DNA of 64,000 nt. Origin: Phyllosticta citribraziliensis. Lineage: Eukaryota. The notes under the pieces are model-generated. The model did not search any database and had not been told where the DNA came from. It was given only the letters and a program-made list of their open reading frames with translations. The stretch is taken from positions 62,001 to 126,000 of the forward strand of contig NW_027117344.1 of the NCBI RefSeq assembly GCF_038025025.1, written 5' to 3'. Shown here piece by piece: positions 48,793 to 61,156 of the stretch (its first letter is position 1; the number at the start of each line of letters is the position of its first letter). The translations under genes and the position numbers were made by a program.

Positions 48793-49306
48793 AAGCTGTC
48801 CTTGGAAGCACTGTCTTGGTGGATGTTGTATGAATGATTTCTGAAGTCGAATTGCATGGTGAAGAGAGACGAATTGACGTCGATAGAAACAAGACGGGGC
48901 CGAGATTAAATGCACGAGGCGCACGGGCCGGGGCGATCTGCCGCGGATCTAGTGCCTTGGCCTGCGCGCAACAACTACCACACAAGACGTCTCGAGCTCC
49001 CTGTCCGGTGCCTGTCACAAGCAACCCACCCACCCAACCGCCCCCGACGCTACATTCCACTACTCCTCGCCGTCCACTGACGCCTCACTCTCGCGCTTCA
49101 AGCTCACGTCTCACTCCCGCCACCCAACCAACGCTCCGCTCGCGCCTATCCGCTCCCGACGCCTATTCCTCCAAAGTCGCACACGTCTGGGGAAGACCCG
49201 CCTTGGTGATTTGCTCGCCCGCGCCGGCTCGACCGGTCTCTCTCAACGCGAGGCTCAGGCGCCTCGCCCCCCTCCGCCATCCGCATCTGCCTTCAATGTC
49301 GATTGA

Positions 49307-52300
49307 ATGCAACCTCTAAATCCCTTTCTGCGGGCCTTCTTTCGAAGCTCTCTCCCGGGACAGTGCTCTCCCGCCCAGCACCACGTACGCTTCGTCCTCA
49401 TCCTCTCGAGCTATTCTGACATTTGCAGGTTCTTCTCGTCCCCACGACGGAGATTCTCCTCAACGCTAGAGACCGTGAGACCAACGTCCACTACACCGAC
49501 CTTGCGGGCTCCGAGGAGTTCCTTGCCAGCCATGTTCTTCGATTACCGGGCGGAGTCCCGCCGGGGCCAAATGGAAAAGAGGCGTCGTTCCGCGAAAGCA
49601 GGGGCAAGGCCAAGCAATACCAGACGGCGAACGGACGTACGGTGATCATCAAGGATACTTTTTTGTACAGCAACAAAGGTGGGTACACTCGTTTTGCGAG
49701 GGGCGAGGCTGACTGGACAGGCTTCAAAACGCTGAACCAGGCCCAATTGCTCCACGACATCGTCTACTTTCCAGACAATTTCGATGCTCAACCGTGGCTG
49801 GTGTACTACATTTCGCGGCCTCTCATCGGCGCGCTAGAAGTCATTCCCATCGTTCCAGCTTCGCCGTCGTCTCTGCCCAAGACTGTCGAGGCCCCGGTAC
49901 AGAGCCAGGCAAACGCCAGCGCGTCCTCGGGCCCGCAAAAGAAGGAGGTCAAGTCTTTTGCCGAGCTTTTGAATCTTTTTCCAATGATTGCAAGACAAAT
50001 GCAGGGGGGTCTCGATCGACTGTTCAAAGAGTTTGCAACCGAGTTCGAAAAGCCCCTCCCCGTCCCTCCCAACAAGCCCTCCAGCCTGTCAAGTAGACGA
50101 AATTCAATGTCCTCGGAACGAAGTACGCCAGCCTCGATGCACAGCAGCTTATCCGGGCTTTCGAACGGTAGCACGAGGTTGCCGTCTTTGTTGGAGATTT
50201 ACGACGAGGAGGACGTCATGCGTAGAGCGCTCGAAACTGCAGTCACGGCGGCCATTGACATTTTCCAAATGGTGGACAAGCAACAACTCTCAAATTTGGG
50301 TGCGACCACCGACTTGACCGGACCGATTGTCGAACGCCTGATTGAACGCTACATTGCGGAGCAGCTCCACGGTCAAATTCTCTTCCCTCGAATATGTTCA
50401 GTCAGACGACTGGACGACATGGAATTGGAGTCACGAGTGCGCCAGATGCAAGATCTCGACCTCTCCCAGGTTGGAATCCCGATCCCTGACCGAGAGTCGG
50501 GGAAGAAGGAGCTGGCGCTTCGTCTGGCCAAAGGCGTGGAGATTTTCAAAAGGATGAACAGCGCGGGGAGTCCTCAAGAGATGTTGGATGTTTTGCTTGC
50601 CACGCAAAAATTCATCACCATGCCTGAATCTGCGGTTGACGGGGTGGACACGCAGTCTGAGAAGCAGGCCGCCATGATGACCATCAACGCGGATACCCTG
50701 GTGTCGTTGTTGCTGGTCGTCGTCATTCGATCTTCTGTGCGACATTTACAAGCACGGCTCTCGTACATGCGGCATTTCATCTTCATAGACGACGTCGAGA
50801 GTGGTGAAATCGGCTACGCCTTGAGCACTTTTGAAGCAGTGTTGTCCTACCTTGTCCGCGACTCGGCCGGCTTGAGAAAGGCGAGTAGAAGAAACAGACA
50901 ACTGTGGCAAGCTGCCAAGACTGGAGATGTTACTTCTCTCAAAGCGATTCTTGAGCCCGGACGCAGATATTCTGTCGCCGACAGCGTTCATGACGAACCC
51001 GAGGCTAATGGACCGACGATTGCTTGGGCGGATCTGCATTACAATTCTCCAAGCAGGACGGACGATTTCATCTTCGAAGACGATGATGTTGGTCCAGGTC
51101 CTTTGGCCCATGTGTTTCCCTTTCAGCGAGCGAAAACGCCTCCGCCTGGCGAGCGACCAAAGATGAAAAAGCGCGTCTCCATGCAGTCGCGCAGCAACTC
51201 CCTCTCGTCGGCCGTCTCTTTTGGTTCGACAGTCATGTCCATGAGCAGCGGGATCGAGGGAGATACATCCATCGAAACGCTTTCGCGAACTCAGGATCCA
51301 TCCGGTCAATCTGTTCTCATGATGGCAGTCGATAACGGACAGGAAAAGGCTCTCAAATATCTCATCAGCCTCGAAGAGTACTACCCCGTCGAGTTCATCC
51401 TGACGGACAGCAACAACGACGGGACGACGTTGCTAAGCGCGGCCATCCAAGGTTCTCGACCCGGCATCATCAACTTGCTGCTGGAATACGTTTTGAATCA
51501 CGCCCCAAATAACCGCGTCGTCGCCGACTACATTGCTCGTCAAGACTCTCAAGGAAGATGTGCGGCGCACTACCTATTTTACCAACCGCTGCTGATTCCT
51601 TGGATTGGACGACTGGTGCCGTGGACGTTGAGAGACAAGAATGGGCAGACTCCACTTTTCGCACTGTGCAGGTCCTATGACCATCCCGAGTATCGGTGGA
51701 TGGTCGAAGCGGCCGTCACGGCAGCTGCGCGCGCGCAGGGTGATGGCCAGCCACTGCATCTCGACAACCACATTGACGGCAAGGGAAACACGTTGCTACA
51801 CATTGTCAACGACCCGCATCTTGCCCTAAAATTGTTGTACCACTGCGACGCCGATGCAAATGCCGCAAATGACAAGCAGTTCACACCGCTCATGGTCGCG
51901 AGCAAGTATGGAAGGACTGATCTCGTCAGAGTGCTGTTTGGAGACCCGCGAGTCGATCTGTACGTCAAAGACAACAGAGGACTGACTGCCGTTGAGCTTG
52001 CCAAGGACGACGAGGTGCGAAATCGAATCGATGATTTGGTTCTCTTGTCCAACTCTCCAGACCCAGACGGCCGCACGACCACCGTGGTGCGCTCCTATTT
52101 CGTCGAGGATGGTACCGTTCGGATGGTGCTCAAGTCTGGCGCACCAAATGGCAACAACGCCATTACAGTCACGACTTGTCGCAGATCGTTGGCCGACTTT
52201 GAGAATCTGGCCAAGTGGCTGTCGATGGAGAATCCGGCTTCTTGGCTGCCTGGAGTCAACGGGTTCGCCTCGCCTTTCCTCATCCCCTCCAAGCCATCTC

Positions 52301-53307
52301 GCGCCATCTTGAAAGACATTCAACTGCGTCTGGACAGCTTTCTCAAGATTCTGCTGAGCCATCCCACCTTTTCGACCCACGAGCTCGTGTGGGAATTCTT
52401 CCTCGTCCCGGAAATCGACCCGCAGATGCTCGAGGAGCGCAGCAAACGCAAGGCAGAGACGCGAGTCGAGCGAGTCAAGGAAGAATACACTCCCATTCTC
52501 GACGTCCGCGAGGTCGAGTTGTTTGTGCAGCATGCCCGCGAGTCGGTTCGCAGCATGCATCACAGCCTCAAGTCGGTGCTGCGCCGTACAAACAAGGTCC
52601 GCAGCTCCCTCAACGATCTCGTCGAGGCTGGATCGATATCATCCAACGCCCTCGCGACGCTGACAACACTACCACCGTCCCACAAGCACGCGTTTGAGCG
52701 CTACACCAAGAGCCAAATGCAGATGGAGTCGTCGCCGCTGTCGGGCTTCTACTACGACATGCACGCCATTAGCACGACCGTCTCGGCCATCCTGCACGCT
52801 CTGACGCGGCCCGGCGTCCTCATCGGCTCCATGGCACAAGTGCAAAAGGCGATTGACCGACACACGCTCTCGCTGCGGCGCTCGGACCGCTGGCCGCTCG
52901 GGCTGCTCGACGACACGCGCCACCGCATGCAGCGCGACGCGGCCGAAAAGGTGGACAAGAGCGTGGGCGAGCTCGAGACGCTGGGCAAGGAGCTCAAATA
53001 CACGCAGCAGACGGTGGCGGCGGAGCTGGCGGCGTGGCAGGAGAGCAGGGTGTCGCAGGGCCGGCGGGCGTGTCGCGAGCTCGCGCGGCGCATGGTCGTG
53101 GTCGAAAAGGCGCGGCTGGACAGCATGAGGCGCGCCATTCGCGGGTTGGGGATGGACGACGCCGCGCCGGGCAGGGGGAGGTACGATGGCATTGCGAGGG
53201 GCTTTGGGATGGCGCTCAGACGCGGCAGTGTGGGGGCGCATGAGGAGCATCTGGATCTGGATTCCGGGTCGGGGGCGCCGAATGGCGCGGGGATAGATGG
53301 GTTGTAG
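49307..53307 (+). CDS. VPS9-domain, ankyrin-repeat, PX-domain protein (Vrl1/VARP-like endosomal Rab GEF); introns 49385-49428 and in-frame 49679-49720
   Basis: MQPLNPFLRAFF start; VPS9 INADTLVSLLLVVVI..GEIGYALSTFEA; ankyrin repeats GQTPLFALC, GNTLLH, FTPLMVASKYG; PX-like RRSLADF..LLSHPTFSTHELVWEFF. Confidence 0.87.
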
Positions 53308-53608
53308 AAGCGTAGACGAGATACCTTTGATGTTTTCTTGTATGTATGTATGAATGTCGTTTAAATGTCGAGGAGCCTTCATGTGTGTTCAAGCAACGTC
53401 GAGATGGTATCCCGGACGAGGCGTGGTTCACATGAAATGTGGCGCGTGGGGAAGTGGCGGTGCGGGGCAGGCAACATGCGGGAAAGCTACCTCGACCATC
53501 TACAGCCCTCGACGACCTTCTACCAACTACCTCTCCCACCCACGTCGATATTTACCTCGACACTCCTCACCACCGCTCCTACACAACCTCTTCCACACTC
53601 TCCACACC

Positions 53609-54909
53609 ATGGTGAGCAAATTCGCCGACCCCGCGGCCCCGCACTCTCAGTTCCCTACTAACGTCACAACAGGCACCCAGCGCGTCGCAAAAGCGCCTGG
53701 CGCTCGCAATCATCGACTTCCTGCACAGCTCGACCAAGGACGGGACGCTCGCCGCCGACGAGGCCGAGAACATTGAAATCGCAACCAACTGCGTGGCCGA
53801 AGCGTTCGGGGTGGACGCATCCGACAGCGCGGCCACGGCCGACGCCCTGGGCGGGCAGAACCTGCTGTCCATCTACAGCGTGTACGAGAAGCTCAAGGGG
53901 CGCACGACGCCGAGCACGGAGGGCGGCAGCAGCGCGAAGGAGGGGCGGCCCAGCACGCCGACGGCGGCATCTGCGGCGTCCGCGGCCGCTGGCAGCACCG
54001 ACCCCGACAAGAAGGCCCAGGCCGAGAAGCTCAAGGGCCAGGGCAACGCCGCCATGCAGCGCAAGGACTACGACGCCGCCATCGCGCTGTACACGCAGGC
54101 CCTCGAGCTGGCGCCCCTGCAGCCCATCTACCTGTCGAACCGCGCCGCCGCGCACTCGGGCGCCGGCCGCCATCAGGACGCCGCCGCCGACGCTGAGATG
54201 GCCGTCGCCGCCGACCCCAACTTCGCCAAGGCGTGGAGTCGGCTGGGACTCGCACGCTTCGCGCTCGGCGACGCAAAGGGGAGCATGGAGGCGTACCAGA
54301 AGGGCATCGAGGCCGAGGGCAACGGCGGCAGCGAGGCCATGAAGCGCGGGTTCGAGACGGCCAAGCGCCGCGTCGAGGAGGTGGGCGGCGACGTCGCTTC
54401 TCCTGCGGCTCGTGGCGCCGACGCTGCTGGCGCGGGTGCTGGTGCTGGCGGTTTCCCGGACCTCGCTGGCCTCAGCAGCATGCTGGGAGGTGGTGCCGGT
54501 GGCCAGGGCGGCGGCATGCCGGACCTCTCATCGCTCATGCAGAACCCGATGATGCGGCAGATGGCGCAGAACCTGATGAGCAACCCGGACGCGATGCAGG
54601 GGCTCCTCAACAACCCGCGGCTGCGCGAGATGGCGGGCCAGTTTGGCGGCGGCGGCGGTGCTGGCGGCGCACAAGGCGCACAAGGCGGACAAGGCGGCGG
54701 TCAAGGTGGTGGCATGCCCGACTTCAGCCAGATGATGCAGGACCCGAGTATCATGGAGATGTAAGCATTCCTTCAGTCCCTCTCCCCCATGGAGGGGATC
54801 CAGACACGCACCACTAACGCACCACAACAGGGCGAGGAACCTCATGGGCGGCGGCGGCGCAGGCGGCGCCCCAGGAGCTGGTCGCGGCGGCGCTGGCCAG
54901 GGACAGTAA
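53609..54909 (+). CDS. SGT2: Small glutamine-rich TPR co-chaperone Sgt2; 3 exons
   Basis: ATG|intron; KRLALAIIDFL dimerisation domain; three TPRs (AEKLKGQGNAAM, YLSNRAAA, KAWSRLG); STI1-like NPMMRQMAQNLM. Confidence 0.93.
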
Positions 54910-55900
54910 GCTCCGTACGTGTAGTAGACTGCGCGGACAGACCGCTGAAGGGCGAGACGGGAAAGACACGGTGCCGAGCTCACTTGCAGGCGTTTGGTAC
55001 AGCCACGCCGCCGTTCGTACACAGTACGTTGGGAGCGTGGTGGGATGGATGCATGCGTGTGTGGACTGGGTGTAGACCTTGGACTAGGTGTGGACGGCGC
55101 ACAGGCAGGCAGACAGACAGACGTATCCGACGAGACGAGACGAGCCGGGCCTTTGATGTTAGATACCATACCAGGCACACGACGCCAGATCGCGATAGTA
55201 TGATGCATGAATGACAGCCATATGCATACATGAATATATGAATGGATCAATCGGTGCGTGGATGACGGACAGATACTGTACGTTGCCCCCTTTCCTAGCT
55301 GTTCTTTCAACGTCAACGGACATGGCCCATTCAAATTCAAAAGAAGCTTTGCTGCTCTGCGTTACGGTACGCCTCCTGCTATTCACGGCAGCATGTCGCA
55401 CACTTCATTCATCAAACACGAAGGGCGTGGCAAAAGAGCACACTGCTTGCGGCATGACGGCCTGATTCTTCGGCGTCGATCCATTCTCGTGCCTGCCGGC
55501 CCGTTTGCATTGTTTGGGTCATGAGACTGGGCTGTCTCGGTCCCGCTACTTGCTACTTGACTGCTCTTGTTTTTGTTTTCATTCTGACGAGGCTTGAGTG
55601 CGTGCGTGAGCGGCTAGGTTAGACAGGGCGGCCGCTTGATGTCTTGCCCCCTCCCACTTTCCCCCATGCCGCATGCCACTTGCCCTGTCAAGGCCGGGGA
55701 GTCTTGGACTCGCGTCCTCTGGCTCTGCCGGCGGGAGGATTCCAGCAAACGGCGGAATCCAACTCGAGCCAAGCAGCTCGATTCCCGAGTGTGTCAGGGA
55801 ACCATTGCGCGCCAGGCCAGGCCGCCGCAGCACCATAACAGGGCGGCGCTGTCTCCTCCGTCTTCCAACCGCCGCCTCTCCACGACTAGCACGACACTGC

Positions 55901-56671
55901 TCACTCCAGGCGCATCCGCCACAGGCCGTCGCCCAGATAGTGGCCAGCATCCAACGCGACGCCCTTCTTCTTGTCCTTGATCTCCTGGGAGCCGACCTTG
56001 AGCTGGCCGACCAGGCAGGCGTGCTCCTTGCCCTCGGCGTCGACGACGACGACGTCGCCGGCATTCAGCTCGCCGTGGGCGTCGTAGAGCGGGTCGCCGC
56101 AGCCGGGCAGGCGGCCGCCGGCGGACGTCAGGCCCGGCGCCATGAGCGAGGCGCCCGATAGCACGAAGCGGATGGCGCCGCGGTCGATGCGCATGCGCTT
56201 GAAGCACTGCGGGTACTTGTGGACCAGCGTCAGGTGCGGGATGAGCGGGTCGTCCATGTGTTGGTAGAAGAGCGGGTCATGGCCGAGGGCGTAGAGGGAG
56301 ACGCGGTCGGGGCTGGGAGACGTCAGTCAGTGTCTGTTCAATCGTCGTGGTTTGGACTGCTGGTTATGTGGAGGTTGTGGAGCGGAGACAAAGGCGGCGG
56401 GCTGGCCAGTGGGTAGGTAGGTAATGTTGGTAAGGTGGAGACGGCCAGGTAGTAGACGCACAGCTTCAGCAGATCCAGCTGCTCCTTCTTGGGGATTATC
56501 TGGTCCAGGTACGGCTCGAGCAGCGGGTACTGCTCGGCGACCTTTGCGCGGATGCCGCGCTGGACGGACGACTTGACCTTTGTTTTGGCGCCCGGCGCGA
56601 TGGAGCTGTGGCGGGTCGTCAGTATGGAATGCGAGGGATCGAGCGGGGACAGCGCACTCTTTTTTGAACAT
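55901..56671 (-). CDS. TMA20: Translation machinery-associated protein 20 (MCT-1, PUA domain); 3 exons
   Basis: MFKK, KTKVKSSVQRGIR, PHLTLVHKYP, DRGAIRFVLSGASLMAPGLTS, HYLGDGLW. Confidence 0.92.
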
Positions 56672-56879
56672 GGCGGAGGTATGAGGGTGGTGTGAAGGGA
56701 GAGAGAGGTGACGGAGAGTTGGAGGAGGGGCACAGCGAAGGTCGGCGGCTGTCCGCCCCACGTTTTGACGTCGGGTTTTCCAGAACCGCGGGGTTGCCTT
56801 GTCCTTTCACGCGCATGGAACCACACAACAACTTCAACTTTGCAACGAAAATATCCAATTCATTCAATCGCATCGAATA

Positions 56880-58546
56880 TCAGACCTCCTTAACATCGCT
56901 GCTCGCTCCCTTTCCCTTGAAGTCGCCCAATTCCGTCGCTCGGTCCGCCGGTCTCGCAAAAGGCTGGTTCCGCCACTCTTTCGCCGGCACGCCGTTGGTG
57001 AAGAAGCCGTTGATCTCCTCCATCGTCCGCCCCGTCACCTCGCCCACGCAGAAATAGACGTACGCCAGCGTAATGAAACACAACCCTGTGTACACGAAGC
57101 CCGTCTTTGGGCCCAGTCCTGCCGAGTAATACAGGTACGGCAGCGTAAAGACGGTCGCCCAAACCGTGACCCAGAAGCACGCCACCGCAATCGCGTATAT
57201 CTTGTTCCTGTTGCGCCCGACGGCCATTTCGGACGCAATCGTCCAACCCAGCGGCCCGTACGAAAAGTTGAAGCTGCAGATCTCGAGGATGACGAACGAG
57301 ATGATGACTTTGCCGTTGGTCTTGCTGACGTTGTTCCCGGGGATGCCCAGGCAGCCGACGATGAAGATGGAGATGATCATGAGGATTCCCGTCGTGAGGA
57401 GCAGCGGGCGGCGCGGGATCTTGTTTGCGCAGAGCACCGCGGCGAAGACGACGACGACTTGGATCACGAAAACAATGACCGTCATCATGAACGGGTCGCT
57501 GAGGCCAATCTCCTTGGCGAAGACGGTGCCGAAGTAGTAGAACCATTGGATGCCGTTAATCTGCTTGACATGAGCTGACTGGCACTAGATAGGGGCATTT
57601 GTGAGTCTACTCACTTGTTGAGCAATCAATGATCCTGCCGAGTAGATGAGTTTCCTCCTCTCGACTGGATTCGTCAGCAATTCCAGCCAGCTGGACTGCG
57701 CCGTCAACTCGGCCTCTTCATCTACGTCTCTTTTCAATGCCTGCAAGTCGCCTTGCGGGTCGTAGTCACGTTCACCACGCCGGATTGCTTGAAGTGAGCG
57801 CACAGCCTCCCTCTCTTTTCCCTGTCGCACCAGCCATCGCGGAGACTCGGGAACAAAGTAGATCAACGCGAAGACGAGTCCAGGAAAGACCAGCTGAAAG
57901 CCTATTGGAACGCGATACGCCGTCGGAGTCTTGTTGCTCTCCATACCTCTGTTAATGGCGGCGGCCAGGATCTGTGCCACTGACAGCGTGAGCTGCCAGC
58001 ACATGAGGAGAGGACCTCGGATGCTCGATGGGGCCACCTCCTGTTTCTTGTCAGTGAGTCCCAACACGTGTCGATACACTTACTGCTATGTATAGCGGGG
58101 ATGTCGAAGAAAAGGCGCCCACGCCAAACCCTAGCACAGCTCGCCCGCCCGTGATGTGGTCCCGATTCGACACGGTGGTAACCTGCAAGATGACTCCTGC
58201 GACAATCATGGCGGACGCAATCAAGAAGACGGGTTTCCGACCCAAGTAGTCGTTGAGCGGCGCGGCGGAGAGAGATCCCACAAGCTCTCCCACGTTGATC
58301 ATGCTCGTCATGATGGACAACTCTGAAGGCGGAATCTTGTATGTGCCGTCCGACTTTCTGGTCCCAAAATGCTTGACGAAAATGTCCTGCGATTCTGTCA
58401 GCTCAGTCGTGAATGCTGGGGCTTTGACGTGCCAGTGTGGAGACTCCATTGAAGTAGACGCCATCATAGCCGTACAAGCAAGCTCCGAGCGCTGCAAAGG
58501 CGCAGAACGCACACGCCCAGGGGTATTTGATTTTGAACTTGGTCAT
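56880..58546 (-). CDS. MFS sugar porter family transporter; 4 exons, first intron probably GC-AG (58387-58432)
   Basis: MTKFKIKYPW..LYGYDG; DYLGRK; YIA|EVAPSSIRG; PESPRWL; QQ|INGIQWF; GEVTGRTMEEI. Confidence 0.9.
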
Positions 58547-58970
58547 GGTCCAACAAATTTTACGGGAGACAACAAGACAGACTGAGACGCGACATGTCCA
58601 CAGATCTCCACCACACTTATATCTTCGTCATCAAGCAACAGACGGACCCCTGTCTTCATCCGGAGAAAGTGAGGGACAGAGTTAGACTTTCATTCCACGT
58701 GATGAAATGCGGGGCCCCGCGATTTTGAGGAAACATCGCTGCGGTCATGCAGTCGATCCAATCGGCAGTTTTGCCAAAAACCTCCATCATGCAACCTTTT
58801 CCCGAACCCGGATGCGAGTAGTCCCCGCCGTTGTCGCCCGGCTCAGTTTCCAATTCTATCCGCACTTTCAAGTCAAGAGTGGGCGTTATGAAGGTCTTAC
58901 AAATTGGATCCCCTTCGCGGATACGTTCTGCGTGAGAAGCCTCAAGAGCACGGCATTGCTTCTCAACACC

Positions 58971-60710
58971 ATGTCCGAATCTTCGGACGCCCAAACAGCC
59001 AATGGATACAACCGCCTCTCGCCTCTCCATGCATCTGCAGACGCAATTCCGCTGTTGGTGGATGGGACGTACCACCTCTTCCACTTGACAACACCACCAA
59101 ACACCACGCACCACCCAGCTCGCCTGCGCTCCTCCTGGACCAGACTGCGCTCCAGTGACCTCCAGACGTGGACTCGGGATGCCGAACCCGCCATCACGCC
59201 TGGCAAAAGCGCGTCCGATCCCGACGCCGACGGCGCGTGGACCGGCTCCGCCGTCATCGGGCCAGACGACACCATGCACATCTTCTACACGGGCTACAAC
59301 CTGTCGCAAGCCGGGCGGCAAGTGATCCTGCACGCGCGCTCCACCGACAAGCACGGGACGCGCTTCACCAAAGACGCGGCGCCCATCACCATCACGTCGC
59401 CGCCCAGCCACCGCGCCGCCTTCGAGGCCATCGACTTCCGCGACCCCTTCGTCTTCTGGCACGCGCCCACGGCGCGCTTCTGGATGCTCGTCGCCACGCG
59501 CCTCGCCGACGGGCCGTACTGGACGCGCGGCTGCCTCGCGCTCCTCACGTCGCCCGACCTCGCCGCCTGGTCCCTCGACCCCGCCCCCTTCTACGCCCCC
59601 AACGACCTCCTCTGCCCCGAGTGCCCCGAGCTCTTCGCCCTGCCCAACGGCAAGTGGTACCTCGTCTACTCGCGCTTCGCCGCCCCGCACGCCGGCACCG
59701 TGTACCGCGTCGGCGACAGCGCGCGCGGCCCGTTCCGCATCCCGCGCGACGGCTCCGCCGGCCTGCTCGACGGCCGCCGCTGGTACGCCGCCAAGTCGTG
59801 CGCGCGGCGCGGCCGCCCTGATCGCCGCGTGTTCTTTGGCTGGACTGGCGACTGGTGCGAGCACGACGCCAAGTGGCTGTGGGGCGGCGACCTGGCGCTG
59901 CCGCGCGAGGTGTGGGCGGCGGATGACGGGTCGCTGCGCGTGGAGCCGGTGCCGGAGGCGCTGGACGCGCTGCTGGAGCGGCGCGCGGAGGAGAGTGTGC
60001 GGTGGAGTCGGAGTGTGCCGGCGTCGTTGCGTTTGTCTGGCGTCGGCACTACGGCGACGCGATTTTTGGACCCCCCTTGCCCCCTGGCACAGCCCCTGGC
60101 GCAGCCGTATCTCCTCTCCTTCGCCCTCTCGCCCCCAGACACCAGCGCCAGTAGCATCCCCGCCGGCTTCGGCATCCTCCTGCGCACTTCGCCGTCGTCC
60201 CTGCGCGGCCACCGCATCGTCTTCCGGCCGCTGCCCAACCCCGTCTCCGACACTCCTACCCTCTTCTCCGTCACTCTGCAGACGGACATCCCGCCGCTCG
60301 ACGACTTCTGGGCGGATCAGTACCGCTTATATGTCGCGCGCGGCGTCGATGGGCCGGAGATTGTACGGCACGATGCTGTGGCGCTGTTTGAGGGGGGCGG
60401 TGGGCAGGCGGAGAAAAAAGCTGTCGTGCGCCTGCTCGTGACTGGTGATGTGCTGCAGTGTTTTGTTGGCGGGAGGGCGATTACGTTTAGACTGCCGCCT
60501 TCGCAGACGCTAGGGAGGAAAGTAGGGGAGGGGGAAGACGGGAAAGAGGGGGGTGTCGATGGCGTGGATGGAGTGGTGGATGGAGAGGAGGACGGTGCAG
60601 TTGATGGAACTGTAGCTGAGGAGGTTGATGGAGAGCAGGCTGAGGTGCAGGAGATTGGCTTCTTTGTGCAGGATGGCGAGGTTCTGTTTGAGGAGTTGAC
60701 GATCCGCTAA
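58971..60710 (+). CDS. Glycoside hydrolase family 32-like beta-propeller (beta-fructosidase-like), intracellular, intronless
   Basis: WTGSAV, FYTG, FRDPFV (RDP), CPECPELF (EC), WYAAK, WGGDL; first catalytic Asp in variant ADAIP; in-frame ATG at 58971 preferred over the long ORF start. Confidence 0.85.
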   Translation: MSESSDAQTANGYNRLSPLHASADAIPLLVDGTYHLFHLTTPPNTTHHPARLRSSWTRLRSSDLQTWTRDAEPAITPGKSASDPDADGAWTGSAVIGPDDTMHIFYTGYNLSQAGRQVILHARSTDKHGTRFTKDAAPITITSPPSHRAAFEAIDFRDPFVFWHAPTARFWMLVATRLADGPYWTRGCLALLTSPDLAAWSLDPAPFYAPNDLLCPECPELFALPNGKWYLVYSRFAAPHAGTVYRVGDSARGPFRIPRDGSAGLLDGRRWYAAKSCARRGRPDRRVFFGWTGDWCEHDAKWLWGGDLALPREVWAADDGSLRVEPVPEALDALLERRAEESVRWSRSVPASLRLSGVGTTATRFLDPPCPLAQPLAQPYLLSFALSPPDTSASSIPAGFGILLRTSPSSLRGHRIVFRPLPNPVSDTPTLFSVTLQTDIPPLDDFWADQYRLYVARGVDGPEIVRHDAVALFEGGGGQAEKKAVVRLLVTGDVLQCFVGGRAITFRLPPSQTLGRKVGEGEDGKEGGVDGVDGVVDGEEDGAVDGTVAEEVDGEQAEVQEIGFFVQDGEVLFEELTIR

Positions 60711-61156
60711 TGGGTGAGATGGAACGGCCTAGAGTACTGATTACATCTTGTAGTTGCGGACGCTACTAGAAACAGAACCGAAGCAAAATCACCTGAAGCA
60801 AGAGTGCTTGGGGAGGCAAAGACGCGTTCTGCGGCTTCGTTTAGACGCTGGTATCGGAAAGACAAGACAGCTCACGTTAGCATGTTTTGTGCACCATGTG
60901 GATATGAGGTAGATTGATTTAGATTGTTTGTTCTACACTGCTGGCTAGGTAAACTAGCGGGATCGACTGGGAGCTCGATACTGCCCACTGGGTGGGATAG
61001 GCTTGGTGTTCGTTCGACTTTGTGTGTCCTGTGCTGCCTCTTGAGCCTCAGAACCGAAGCTGATCAAGTGACGAAGGCGAGTGGGACTGTTGGTTGTGTT
61101 GCTCATTGGCAATTTGTGCATTGCGTTCATTCGACCGGGTCCGGAGCTTGAGGTAT

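Noticed and set aside
42026..49720. Apparent peptide insertions in cyclin B (42026-42070) and the VPS9 protein (49679-49720)
   Set aside because: They are 45-nt and 42-nt stop-free in-frame introns with canonical donor, branch and acceptor sites
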